Assembly (NCBI RefSeq): GCF_000010625.1 | Contig: NC_010296.1 | Coordinates: 2,070,001 to 2,102,000, forward strand | Length of the DNA: 32,000 bases | Direction: 5' to 3' | From: Microcystis aeruginosa NIES-843 | GTDB lineage: Bacteria; Cyanobacteriota; Cyanobacteriia; Cyanobacteriales; Microcystaceae | Shown here: positions 7,163 through 15,885 of the stretch, one piece after another | How positions within the stretch are numbered: the first letter of the stretch is position 1 | Layout of the letters: each line of letters starts with the position of its first letter | Position numbers and translations under genes: made by a program | The notes under the pieces: model-generated | Seen by the model: the letters and a program-made list of their open reading frames with translations, nothing else | Databases searched by the model: none | What the model was told of the DNA's origin: nothing

Positions 7163-8428
7163 TTATTTTTCCCTTACCCGGTGGCCGATATCACGACGAT
7201 AATAGATGCCCTGAAAGTGTATCCTTTTCACCGATTGATAGGCAAGTTCGATCGCCTGATTAAAATTAGCTCCCATAGCCGTGACACCCAAGACGCGGCC
7301 GCCATCGGTGAAGATATCGCCGTGTTTTAAAACCGTGCCGGCGTGGAAAACGATCGCTCCCGCGGTTTCAGCTGCCTTAATTCCAGTGATTAACTGGCCT
7401 TTTTCGTAGTGGTCGGGATAACCGGCAGACGCGGCCACCACACAAACGGCACTACCGGATCGCCATTGTAAAGAGGGGAAATCAGTTAATTTTTGTTGAG
7501 CGCAAGCCAGCAGCAGCGGTGCCAGGGGAGTTTCCAGTAGGGGTAAAACCGCTTGGGTTTCGGGATCGCCAAAACGACAGTTAAATTCGAGAACTTTTGG
7601 CTCTCCGGCGGGGGAAATCATTAAACCCGCGTAGAGGACTCCCCGATAGTCAATGCCGCGTTTTTGCAGGGTGGCGACGATGGGGGCGAGGATGTCTCGG
7701 TTTACCGCTTCGATAATGGCGGCGGTGGCTATGGGTGCGGGGGCATAAACTCCCATACCGCCGGTATTTTTGCCGGTATCGCCTTCACCGATCCGCTTGT
7801 GATCTTGGGCGGGTAGCAGGGAACGAAAACTGATCCCATCGGTGAGGGTGAGGATAGACACTTCTTCTCCCTCTAGGAATTCTTCCACCACCACTTTAGT
7901 AAAGCCACCGGTAAAAAGATCATCGATCGCTTCTAGGGCCGTATCTACGGTTTCGGCGACAATTACCCCTTTTCCTGCGGCTAATCCGTCAGCTTTCACC
8001 ACAATTGGCGCTCCTTGCTCTCGGATATAAGTTTTTGCTAATTCTGCATCGGTAAAGGTTTCCGAGACGGCGGTGATAACTGCTGCTTCGCTCATTAATT
8101 CTTTTGCCCAGGATTTGCTCGATTCAATTAAGGCCCCGGTTTGTGTGGGGCCAAAAACGGCAATTTCTTGGCCGAGAAGATGATCGGTAATGCCGAGGGA
8201 GAGGGGATATTCTGGCCCGACAACCACGAGATCGACGCAATTTTCTCGGGCAAAGCGGCTAATTTCGGCAAAATCCTCCATTGCTATGGGGATATTTTCA
8301 CATTGAGGTAAAATTGCCGTTCCCCCATTACCTGGAATACAGAACACTTGTTCTACTTCGGGCGATTGCAGCAGTTTCCAAGCCAAGGCGTGTTCTCGAC
8401 CACCACTGCCGATAACGATAATTTTCAC
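7163..8428 (-). CDS. purD: Phosphoribosylamine-glycine ligase
   Basis: 421 aa. MKIIVIGSGGREHALAWKL N-terminus, ATP-grasp core (VVKADGLAAGKGV, EEFLEGEEVS, LEFNCRFGDPE). Confidence 0.95.
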   Translation of the reverse strand: MKIIVIGSGGREHALAWKLLQSPEVEQVFCIPGNGGTAILPQCENIPIAMEDFAEISRFARENCVDLVVVGPEYPLSLGITDHLLGQEIAVFGPTQTGALIESSKSWAKELMSEAAVITAVSETFTDAELAKTYIREQGAPIVVKADGLAAGKGVIVAETVDTALEAIDDLFTGGFTKVVVEEFLEGEEVSILTLTDGISFRSLLPAQDHKRIGEGDTGKNTGGMGVYAPAPIATAAIIEAVNRDILAPIVATLQKRGIDYRGVLYAGLMISPAGEPKVLEFNCRFGDPETQAVLPLLETPLAPLLLACAQQKLTDFPSLQWRSGSAVCVVAASAGYPDHYEKGQLITGIKAAETAGAIVFHAGTVLKHGDIFTDGGRVLGVTAMGANFNQAIELAYQSVKRIHFQGIYYRRDIGHRVREK

Positions 8429-8527
8429 GGATAAACGCAGCCTGAATGACGATGGTTTAATTATCCCCTAGCTCCGGGTCACCATTGGCTAGAAGTTGAG
8501 ATTACTTAACTTTTTAATCGATTTGAC

Positions 8528-8667
8528 GGATTCAGGAGGCAGGATTCAGGATTCAGGATTCAGGAGTCAGGAGTCAGGAGATAGGAGATAGGAGATAGGA
8601 GATAGGAGATAGGAGATAGGAGTCAGGAGATAGGAGTCAGGAGATAGGAGTCAGGAGATAGGAGATT
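8528..8667. repeat. 20 tandem heptamers GGAKNYA (ggattca/ggaggca/ggagtca/ggagata)
   Basis: Counted directly as 20 x 7 nt = 140 nt. The order is ggattca, ggaggca, ggattca x3, ggagtca x2, ggagata x6, then alternating ggagtca/ggagata, ending ggagatt. Confidence 0.95.
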
Positions 8668-8681
8668 ATTTTATTTATTCT

Positions 8682-8745
8682 CCCCACACCCCACACCCCA
8701 CACCCCACACCCCACACCCCACACCCCACTTCCCCACTTCCCCCC
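8682..8745. repeat. (CCCCACA)6 plus degenerate ccccact units
   Basis: Six perfect ccccaca units at 8682-8723, then ccccact, tccccact and tcccccc. The complement is (TGTGGGG)n. Confidence 0.95.
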
Positions 8746-8796
8746 TTCTCCTCTCATAGACAGTCTTAACAAGTAATTTAGATAGCGAACAGCTGA

Positions 8797-10065
8797 TCAC
8801 TGGATTTGACGGAGACAGGACAAATCAGCTTGACCGAAATGAATACTAAAAGCTACTTGCAGATTTTCTAGGGATTTAACCAACCAAGGCACCCGCTCGC
8901 AAGAATAACTCTCGTAGTGGTTAAATAGAATCGCAAAACGTTTATCTAAGTGGGGTTTTGCCTGGGGACAGATCAAAATCAACTTGAGCAATAACCCCAC
9001 AGTCCGAGTTACCCCCATATTGGTGATCATATCGATAAAAATGTAATGATCGGGTTTTTGCCCGCTTTCCACCACCAGATAATTTAACAGTTGGCTAGAA
9101 GTACGCAGCATGAGAAATTCACTCGGTTTTTGTTGATCGCAGTGGGGTAGAGTATTTTGCAGGACATCGTCGAGTTTTTTGTTAAATTGCCCCTTGCCGT
9201 AGTCTAGGGAGGTAATCAGATAATCGTAGAGGTCATTTTTAAAATCTTTATAGGTAGGGGTATAAACTGTATTCGCCAGAAAATTTTGCGAAAGCTCCTT
9301 ATAAGTATAATTTCCTGCTACCGTCCCCAGATAATACTTGAGGGCGCGATTTAGCTCCTTATCATTGAGCAGGGTGGGATTTTCTACCGATTGAATGATT
9401 CTTCCCGCTTCTTCCCTGATTTTTGGGCGATGAGCAACCTGTGCCAAACGTACCTGATAGGTGACATAACGAGAGATATTTACCTCGAAACGGCTCTCGG
9501 TTTTCACCTTAATACGTCTAACGGTTTGTCGCTGTTCTCGGGGACTTTCATCACCGAGTAAATAGTAATCATAGAGATAGGGATAACGACTAATCAGGGT
9601 TCCCAGGGAAGCGGCGGTTTTTTCGCTGTATTTGCCGCTAATAATTCTCGCCAGACGCTGCAGCCTAACGTAGTCATCCGAGAAGGTAAAATTTTTGACC
9701 AGATGGCCCAAATTATTGGGGCTGCTGTAATGTCCGGGACGTGGGGAGGGCAAATTTTCCAGTAGCGATACCAATTCGGGAATTGCCGGCTGATGGGTAG
9801 GCTGCGTTTGCCATCGATTCACTAAAATATGACAGCAGCGGTTAAAGACATGATAAAAACGAATTTCGGCATCCTTAGCCTTGACAAGACGCTCTAGGGC
9901 TAAATAAATAGGAGCTTCTTGATAACCGCCACCTTCGATAAACAAACGACAAAAATCCTCGATTAATTGCTCGGGGGAATCGGTCCTGGCGCGGTCGAGC
10001 CAATAATCGTATAGTAGCTGTTCTTCGTCTCTTGTTTGTCTTTGTCCAGTGTTTAGACTAGCCAT
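8797..10065 (-). CDS. Hypothetical protein, 422 aa, no recognised domain
   Basis: A long uninterrupted ORF with ordinary codon usage and composition. There are no TM segments and no motifs I recognise. Confidence 0.6.
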   Translation of the reverse strand: MASLNTGQRQTRDEEQLLYDYWLDRARTDSPEQLIEDFCRLFIEGGGYQEAPIYLALERLVKAKDAEIRFYHVFNRCCHILVNRWQTQPTHQPAIPELVSLLENLPSPRPGHYSSPNNLGHLVKNFTFSDDYVRLQRLARIISGKYSEKTAASLGTLISRYPYLYDYYLLGDESPREQRQTVRRIKVKTESRFEVNISRYVTYQVRLAQVAHRPKIREEAGRIIQSVENPTLLNDKELNRALKYYLGTVAGNYTYKELSQNFLANTVYTPTYKDFKNDLYDYLITSLDYGKGQFNKKLDDVLQNTLPHCDQQKPSEFLMLRTSSQLLNYLVVESGQKPDHYIFIDMITNMGVTRTVGLLLKLILICPQAKPHLDKRFAILFNHYESYSCERVPWLVKSLENLQVAFSIHFGQADLSCLRQIQ

Positions 10066-10313
10066 GGTTATTTGATTCAGCCCTCCTAAATCAGTAAGCG
10101 GATGGATTTTAGGGCTATGACCATAAAGGGGTCAATTGTGATTAGATAGTAGATGCTCCCTTCTTAGGATGCCCCTATTTTGGGTCATTGCACTGATCGA
10201 GTCGATCCATTTTAGCTTGGCAAGTTTGGGAAAATTCCCCTTGGCTTACCTGGCCAAGCTTGCGGACTATACCCAGATTACTAAAAATTTAGGCAGCGTA
10301 CCCTGCTAATTAA

Positions 10314-10500
10314 GGCTCTTCGGTAATTGTTATGCAATGGACGGGGGTTATAAGGGATGGAACCCTTATATAGAAAGGCATTTAGCGATTTTTGTCAATT
10401 ATTTTTGATCTAGAGCGAACTAATCAATTAAGTCTCTTACCAGATAAGGATTTAGTCGATTTATGACCCCCTATCGAACCATACCAAGTAACGAAGAACC
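10314..10500. mobile_element. MITE copy 1 (187 bp; termini GGCTCTTCGG...CGAAGAACC; 8-bp TSD CTAATTAA)
   Basis: ctaattaa at 10306-10313 is repeated exactly at 10501-10508 and flanks the element. The terminal inverted repeat is ggctcttcg / cgaagaacc. It is paralogous to 21481-21666, with the right-hand ~110 nt nearly identical. Confidence 0.85.
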
Positions 10501-10754
10501 CTAATTAAGTTAGCGAAAAGAAACCCCGATTGTATGTGATCTAAGTCACATTTAAACCTCAATCCATCTTCGAGATAATTCGGAATTTACCTAAAATGTC
10601 GGATGAATACCCACGCTACATTTTTCGACAAGATACTCACCTTTGCGGGGGATGAAATCCGACCAGAATATCAACCGCGTAGCATCGGTTTAATTCCATC
10701 ATCTGTGGGTAAACTGTGTTATATTTAATTTAGCCAATGGTCGAGGATTGTTAG

Positions 10755-12041
10755 ATGCTAGTCGTAGAAGCAAAGCTAAAAAACGGAACCCCAGAGCAAT
10801 ATCACCAGCTTGATGAAGCTATCAAAACTTCTCAGTTTGTGCGTAACTATTGTGTTCGTTATTGGCAGTCCAATCAAGGGACAACCCGCAATGATCTCCA
10901 AAAACTTTGTGCGGTACTAGCTAACAATAAAGAGACCCCATGGGTTAATAAATTAAACTCTCAAGCTCGTCAATCGGCTGCTGATAGAGCCTGGCAATCA
11001 ATTAATCGGTTTTACCAGAATTGTCATGCTAAGATACCAGGGAAAAAGGGTTTTCCTCGGTTCAAAAAGCATAGTCGTTCGGTTGAGTATAAACTAACAG
11101 GCTACAAACTATCTGATGAGCGACATCAAATTAAGTTTACTGATGGTTTTAAAGCAGGAGAATTTGATTTATGGTGTAGTCAAAAAACCTTAGTTTATTA
11201 TTCAGAACAACAGATTAAACGGGTAAGAGTTGTTAGACGTGCTGACGGTTATTATTGTCAGTTTTTGATTGACGTAGAACGGCAAGAATACCATAAACCA
11301 ACGGGACAAATAACAGGAATTGACTTAGGGTTAAAAGAGTTTTATACTGACGCTCAAGGCAATACTGTAGAGAATCCACGTTATTTAAGCAAGTCAGAAA
11401 AACGACTGAAAAAAGCACAAAGGAGATTATCAAAACGATTTCGTCAAGTAAACAAACAGTCTAAAAACTATCACAAGCAACGGATAAAAGTAGCTAGGCT
11501 TCATCTTAAAGTATCAAGACAACGTAAAGACAAAGCAATTAAAGACGCTTTGGCGTTAGTCCAGTCTAATGATCTGGTAGTCTATGAGGCTTTAAAGGTA
11601 AGAAACTTAGTCAAAAACCGTAAGCTATCTAAGTCGATTTCTGATGCTTCTTGGTATCAATTCACTGAATGGTTGAATTATTTTGCCAAGATTTATCGGA
11701 TTGTCTGTGTTGCTGTACCACCGCATTTCACTTCTCAAGATTGTTCAGTTTGTGGGACGAGAGTTCAAAAAACATTAAGTACTAGAACTCATCAATGTCC
11801 TAATTGTCAAACAGTCTTGGATAGGGATCATAATGCAGCAATAAATATTCTTAAAAAAGGGTTGCAATATTTGGGAAATTATCTCAACGGTACTGTTGGG
11901 CAAACAGAAACCGACCCAAACGACTTGGGAGAGTCCGGTCTCTGGATTTTCAGTGGAGACATTGAGAATCTAAGCTGTCTCGTTGAACAAGGAATTTCCG
12001 ATAGTGATAGGTCAAGAATCCCCCGTCACAGCGTAGCTTGA
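10755..12041 (+). CDS. tnpB: TnpB / IS605 OrfB-family RNA-guided endonuclease (second, divergent copy)
   Basis: 428 aa. ITGIDLGLKEF, VVYEALKVRNL and LDRDHNAAINI motifs; zinc ribbon CSVCG...CPNCQ. The last ~50 codons (after ...NILKKGLQYLG) probably read through the RNA scaffold region rather than encoding a conserved domain. Confidence 0.85.
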   Translation: MLVVEAKLKNGTPEQYHQLDEAIKTSQFVRNYCVRYWQSNQGTTRNDLQKLCAVLANNKETPWVNKLNSQARQSAADRAWQSINRFYQNCHAKIPGKKGFPRFKKHSRSVEYKLTGYKLSDERHQIKFTDGFKAGEFDLWCSQKTLVYYSEQQIKRVRVVRRADGYYCQFLIDVERQEYHKPTGQITGIDLGLKEFYTDAQGNTVENPRYLSKSEKRLKKAQRRLSKRFRQVNKQSKNYHKQRIKVARLHLKVSRQRKDKAIKDALALVQSNDLVVYEALKVRNLVKNRKLSKSISDASWYQFTEWLNYFAKIYRIVCVAVPPHFTSQDCSVCGTRVQKTLSTRTHQCPNCQTVLDRDHNAAINILKKGLQYLGNYLNGTVGQTETDPNDLGESGLWIFSGDIENLSCLVEQGISDSDRSRIPRHSVA

Positions 12042-12058
12042 CGGTGGGAGTATGTTAA
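11880..12058 (+). ncRNA. Predicted omega-RNA scaffold of TnpB element 2; 5' limit is a guess
   Basis: By analogy with characterised TnpB systems. Local hairpins cccaa-acgac-ttggg and gagac-N18-gtctc, plus the RE hairpin at 12020-12048. No transcript evidence. Confidence 0.35.
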
Positions 12059-12079
12059 TCCTAAGTATTTTTATTGTCT

Positions 12080-13432
12080 ATGGCCTTTCATTTATCCCTC
12101 AATCAACTAGCTCAATTATTGTCCTTACAAGATAATGGTGACATAAGTTTTAGTCCCGATAGTTTAGTATCTGGCATTAATACTGATAGCCGTAGTATTG
12201 AGTCAGGACAAGCATTTTTGGCCTTAAAAGGTGATAATTTTAATGGTCATGATTTTATCGATATGGCTATCGAAAAAGGAGCGGCAACCTTGATTGTCGA
12301 TCAGCCAGTTTCGGTAAATTCCTCTAGTAATATTCCTGTATTCCTAGTCCATAATACCCTAGAAACCTATCAGCAATTAGCCCATTGGTGGCGGAATCAA
12401 TTTACTATACCCGTGATTGCTATTACGGGATCGGTGGGGAAAACCACGACTAAAGAATTAATCGCTTCGGTATTAGCAACCCAGGGAAAGGTACATAAAA
12501 CCCTGGCTAATTATAACAATGAGATCGGAGTGCCGAAAACTCTCCTCGAACTGGATGAAACTCACAATAGTGCCGTAATCGAGATGGGAATGCGGGGACG
12601 GGGAGAAATTGCCCTGCTCGCTCAAATCACCCGACCGACGATCGCAGTGATTACTAATGTGGGAACCGCTCACATCGGTCGTTTAGGGTCGGAAGCAGCG
12701 ATCGCAGAGGCCAAATGCGAGTTATTGGCCGAGTCGCCTTCTAGTAGTATAGCTGTTCTTAACTACGATCACCCTTTACTTACCGAAACAGCTAAACGGG
12801 TATGGCAGGGGGAAACAATTACCTATGGCTTCTCTGGCGGCGATATAGTCGGGGAATTACTGGATTTAACTACTTTACGAGTAAATGGACTAGATTTTAA
12901 CTTACCTTTATCCGGTCGTCATCATGCTTTAAATTTTATGGCGGCCTTGGCCGTAGCGAAAATTTTAGGCATCGATTGGACTTCTTTGCAAGAGGGAATT
13001 AAAGTTAATTTACCCAGTGGTCGGGCCAAACGTTACCAATTAGCAACCGATATCCTACTCCTCGATGAAACCTATAACGCGGGTCTAGAATCAATGTTAG
13101 CGGCCTTGGATTTACTGAAAGCTACCCCCGGTCAGCGTCATATTGCTGTTTTAGGCACGATGAAGGAGTTAGGGTCTTTTTCGGAGCAATTACATCGCCA
13201 AGTCGGTGAGAGGGTGCAAAAACTAGGCATAGATCGCTTGTTTGTCTTGGTAGATGACCCGGAAGCTAAGTTTATTGCTGAGGCGGCTACTGCGGTCGAT
13301 TGCGAATGTTTTCAAACTCACGCAGATTTAATTAATCGTTTAAAGGAAGTGATCGATTTCGGCGATCGCATTTTATGTAAAGCTTCCCATTCCGTCGGTT
13401 TAAATCGGGTGGTGGAGGAGTTAATTCAGTGA
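12080..13432 (+). CDS. murF: UDP-N-acetylmuramoyl-tripeptide--D-alanyl-D-alanine ligase
   Basis: ORF 12074..13432. ATG at 12080 (MAFHLSLNQ...) is preferred over the TTG at 12074. Mur-ligase P-loop ITGSVGKTTTKE; DETYNAG and GTMKELG motifs. Confidence 0.9.
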   Translation: MAFHLSLNQLAQLLSLQDNGDISFSPDSLVSGINTDSRSIESGQAFLALKGDNFNGHDFIDMAIEKGAATLIVDQPVSVNSSSNIPVFLVHNTLETYQQLAHWWRNQFTIPVIAITGSVGKTTTKELIASVLATQGKVHKTLANYNNEIGVPKTLLELDETHNSAVIEMGMRGRGEIALLAQITRPTIAVITNVGTAHIGRLGSEAAIAEAKCELLAESPSSSIAVLNYDHPLLTETAKRVWQGETITYGFSGGDIVGELLDLTTLRVNGLDFNLPLSGRHHALNFMAALAVAKILGIDWTSLQEGIKVNLPSGRAKRYQLATDILLLDETYNAGLESMLAALDLLKATPGQRHIAVLGTMKELGSFSEQLHRQVGERVQKLGIDRLFVLVDDPEAKFIAEAATAVDCECFQTHADLINRLKEVIDFGDRILCKASHSVGLNRVVEELIQ

Positions 13433-13452
13433 TATTGGGAGTTAGGGAATAG

Positions 13453-14424
13453 GTGTTAGAGAAGAGAGCATTTTTTAGCAAGAATAGCCGATTAAAAACT
13501 GTTTTTTCGGGGATTTTAGTCCTAGTTTTCTTTTTTTCGGCCGTTCAAGTCTCTTTTGCCCAAGAATCGAGACGACTGGATACTTATCTCCCGGATCTCA
13601 GTGGTTTAGCTTGGGTAGAAGCGGATATTTTTCTAGGGGTTCACGATGCCAAAAATAAGGGCAAAAACAGTGATCCATCTCAACCAAGGCTGAGTCTTTT
13701 ACAGCTGCCTACAGAGGAAAAACCGCTATTATGGCAGGTTTTAAGGGTAGATTGGCCAAATCCAGAGGGATTGAGTAACGATCTCGAAAGTATTACTTCT
13801 ATCCCAGAAACTAATTTATTTTTGTTGGCTGAAAGTGGCGAGAAAAAACCTTTTCAAAGACTATTTTTAGTAGCATATAACCAGCAAAAAGTCAAGATAG
13901 TTGAGCAAATAAATTGGCCGATCGCGGTGGAAAATGTAGAGGCGATCGCTGTTAGTCGGCAAGGCGATCGTTATCTATTTATCTACGCAGAACGGGCCGA
14001 TAGTCAAGAGAGTACAAAGATTCGCTGGACGGATATCTCCTTCAATCCCTTAAAATTCGGGGAATTTCAGTCGGTAACTTTTCGGAGTCCTTTTGGTAGT
14101 GGTAAAAATATTCGCCTCATCTCCGATTTAGCCGTAGATAAGCAAGGTAATATCTACATAGCTTCCGCTGACGATCCAGATAGTGCGGGAGTGTTTAGAA
14201 GTGCTGTTTACCGTATCGGTCAAGTTACAGCCGATAATAGCCTAATTATTGCCCCTAATCCCCAAAAAATTGCAGAAATCGACGGCTCCAAAGTGGAAGC
14301 GGTGACTACCAGAGAATCTCCTAGAGGTAAAGTAGAAGTCTTTATCGGTACAGATGATGAGAATTATGGCGGTTTTATGCGACCTCTGCTGTTAGATAAT
14401 TACTCGCAGCTAGAAATCCGCTAG
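13453..14424 (+). CDS. Hypothetical secreted protein (signal peptide; possibly a beta-propeller-like fold)
   Basis: 323 aa with a GTG start. N-terminal hydrophobic segment ILVLVFFFSAVQVSFA|QE. The rest is beta-rich in appearance. No recognised motif. Confidence 0.55.
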   Translation: MLEKRAFFSKNSRLKTVFSGILVLVFFFSAVQVSFAQESRRLDTYLPDLSGLAWVEADIFLGVHDAKNKGKNSDPSQPRLSLLQLPTEEKPLLWQVLRVDWPNPEGLSNDLESITSIPETNLFLLAESGEKKPFQRLFLVAYNQQKVKIVEQINWPIAVENVEAIAVSRQGDRYLFIYAERADSQESTKIRWTDISFNPLKFGEFQSVTFRSPFGSGKNIRLISDLAVDKQGNIYIASADDPDSAGVFRSAVYRIGQVTADNSLIIAPNPQKIAEIDGSKVEAVTTRESPRGKVEVFIGTDDENYGGFMRPLLLDNYSQLEIR

Positions 14425-14776
14425 ACCGCAGCATACTTTGTGCTTTTTGTCAAAAAAACTTTTTTTTTGCAATAAAACTACACAAAAAAAAGATCATCGT
14501 TGTGGGTGAAATTGACTCATTTACCTGTCTTAATTAGGATCACCTTCTAGGTGTGGCAAGGGTTTCAACCGTTGCTGCCCAAAAAAGCACAGAAAGAGCC
14601 ACTATGAAATTCCATAAAATCGCTGTAACCATCATAACATCGTTGTTAAATAAAAATCTTTCTCAATTAATTTTTAAGAATTTGTAAATATTGCGGAATG
14701 TTAATTTAAATATTCTCAAGTTTTTGGAGTTAATCAATAATTTTTGCTTATCTTTGTCCAACATTGGGTTAGGAGA

Positions 14777-14828
14777 CAGTTATCAGTTATCAGTTATCAG
14801 TTATCAGTTATCAGTTATCAGTTATCAG
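14777..14828. repeat. (CAGTTAT)7 tandem heptamer array
   Basis: Seven perfect cagttat units at 14777-14825 plus a partial cag. The array ends 17 bp before the IS left terminus. Confidence 0.95.
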
Positions 14829-14986
14829 ATGTGAGTTTTTAGTTTAGACCTCTTGCATAATTTTTTTATGGTATAATATAAGGTTTTGCTTTTTTCTCAA
14901 TTCTTAGATTGAAGTGGAAAAAAGAATAAAATGTGATCTTAGGTCAGGAAATCATCTATAATTTTGCTATGTTTATTAGCAAAATT

Positions 14987-15826
14987 ATGGATTATCAAAA
15001 CTTATCAGATGAACAATTCAAACGCCGTTTCGGTGTGTACAAACAAACATATAGAAAGATGGTAGAATCAGTAAAAAGTGTTGAAGCCGACTCTAATTCA
15101 CCATCTAAAAGGGGACCGAAACCTAAACTATCTATAGAAGAACAAGTTTTAGTAACGTTAGAATATTGGCGAGAATATAGAACATATTTTCACATTGGTA
15201 CAAGCTGGGAACTATCAGAATCAACTATATGTCGGATTGTAAATAAGACGGAAAAAATGCTTTTACAATCGGGAAACTTCCGTTTAAAAGGAAAAAAAGC
15301 TTTACTCAATCAAGCAGAGATACCGGTCATAACGGTAATGGATGTAACGGAAACTCCCATTGAACGCCCCCAAAAGAAACAGAAAGATTTTTTTTCGGGT
15401 AAAAGAGGTTATCATACTTTAAAATCCCAATTAGTAGCTGATCAAAATACAGAGGAAATTATCTGTGTCTTCTGTGGGAAAGGTAGAGGTCATGATTTTA
15501 GTTTATTTAAAAAAAGTCGAGTTCGTTTTCATCCTTTAACTACCAGCATAGAAGACAGTGGTTATCAGGGAATAGCTGCATACCATAGTAATAGTTATAC
15601 ACCGAAAAAGAAATCGAAAAATAGAAAATTAACAGAGTTAGAAAAAGAGTATAACAAGGCTTTAGCTAAAGAAAGGATTATCATTGAACATATAAATAGG
15701 AAACTCAAAATCTTTAAAATCTTATCCTGTAAATATCGGAATCGTCGTCGAAGATATAGTTTAAGAGTTAACTTGTTGGCGGCTATTTATAACTGTGAGT
15801 TAGGGATAGGTATAGCAGCTTCTTAA
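14987..15826 (+). CDS. IS5-family (DDE_Tnp_4 / Harbinger-like) transposase
   Basis: ORF 14933..15826; start preferred at ATG 14987 (MDYQNLSDEQFKRRFG...). DDE context VMDVTE, IEDSGYQG, and IIEHINRKLKIFKILSCKYRNRRRRY (E-x6-K signature of the IS5 family). Confidence 0.8.
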   Translation: MDYQNLSDEQFKRRFGVYKQTYRKMVESVKSVEADSNSPSKRGPKPKLSIEEQVLVTLEYWREYRTYFHIGTSWELSESTICRIVNKTEKMLLQSGNFRLKGKKALLNQAEIPVITVMDVTETPIERPQKKQKDFFSGKRGYHTLKSQLVADQNTEEIICVFCGKGRGHDFSLFKKSRVRFHPLTTSIEDSGYQGIAAYHSNSYTPKKKSKNRKLTELEKEYNKALAKERIIIEHINRKLKIFKILSCKYRNRRRRYSLRVNLLAAIYNCELGIGIAAS

Positions 15827-15864
15827 AAGTTGCCTAAAGATTAATCAAGTCAAGGAGAATTTAT

Positions 15865-15885
15865 TCTCAATTATAAAAATTGAGA
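15865..15885 (+). terminator. Hairpin TCTCAATT-ataaa-AATTGAGA downstream of the transposase stop
   Basis: Perfect 8-bp stem with a 5-nt loop, 39 nt after the stop. There is no clear U-tract, so its function is uncertain. Confidence 0.3.

Larger units (their letters stand above)
10660..12058 (+). mobile_element. Second IS200/IS605-family tnpB-only element; boundaries approximate
   Basis: Left hairpin aaccg-cgtagcat-cggtt at 10673-10690. Right hairpin cccccgtca-cagcgtagct-tgacggtggg at 12020-12048 (9 bp, 1 bulge). Both loops share gcgtagc. The tail is gagtatgttaa, ending about 12058. Confidence 0.7.

Noticed and set aside
8528-8745. Whether the tandem arrays (here and at 14777, 16086, 25257, 26134, 31673) could be CRISPR arrays
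   Set aside because: The units are 7-8 nt (14 nt at 17138), head-to-tail with no unique spacers, and no cas genes are present. They are microsatellite/STRR-type repeats, not CRISPR.
14604-14687. 27-codon ORF MKFHKIAVTIITSLLNKNLSQLIFKNL in the AT-rich gap before the (CAGTTAT)n array
   Set aside because: It has no ribosome-binding site and lies in low-complexity AT-rich sequence, so it is a chance ORF. A nearby ~13-bp inverted repeat (ctttgtgcttttt at about 14443-14455 and aaaaagcacagaaag at about 14583-14597) is noted, but it is too short to call a MITE.
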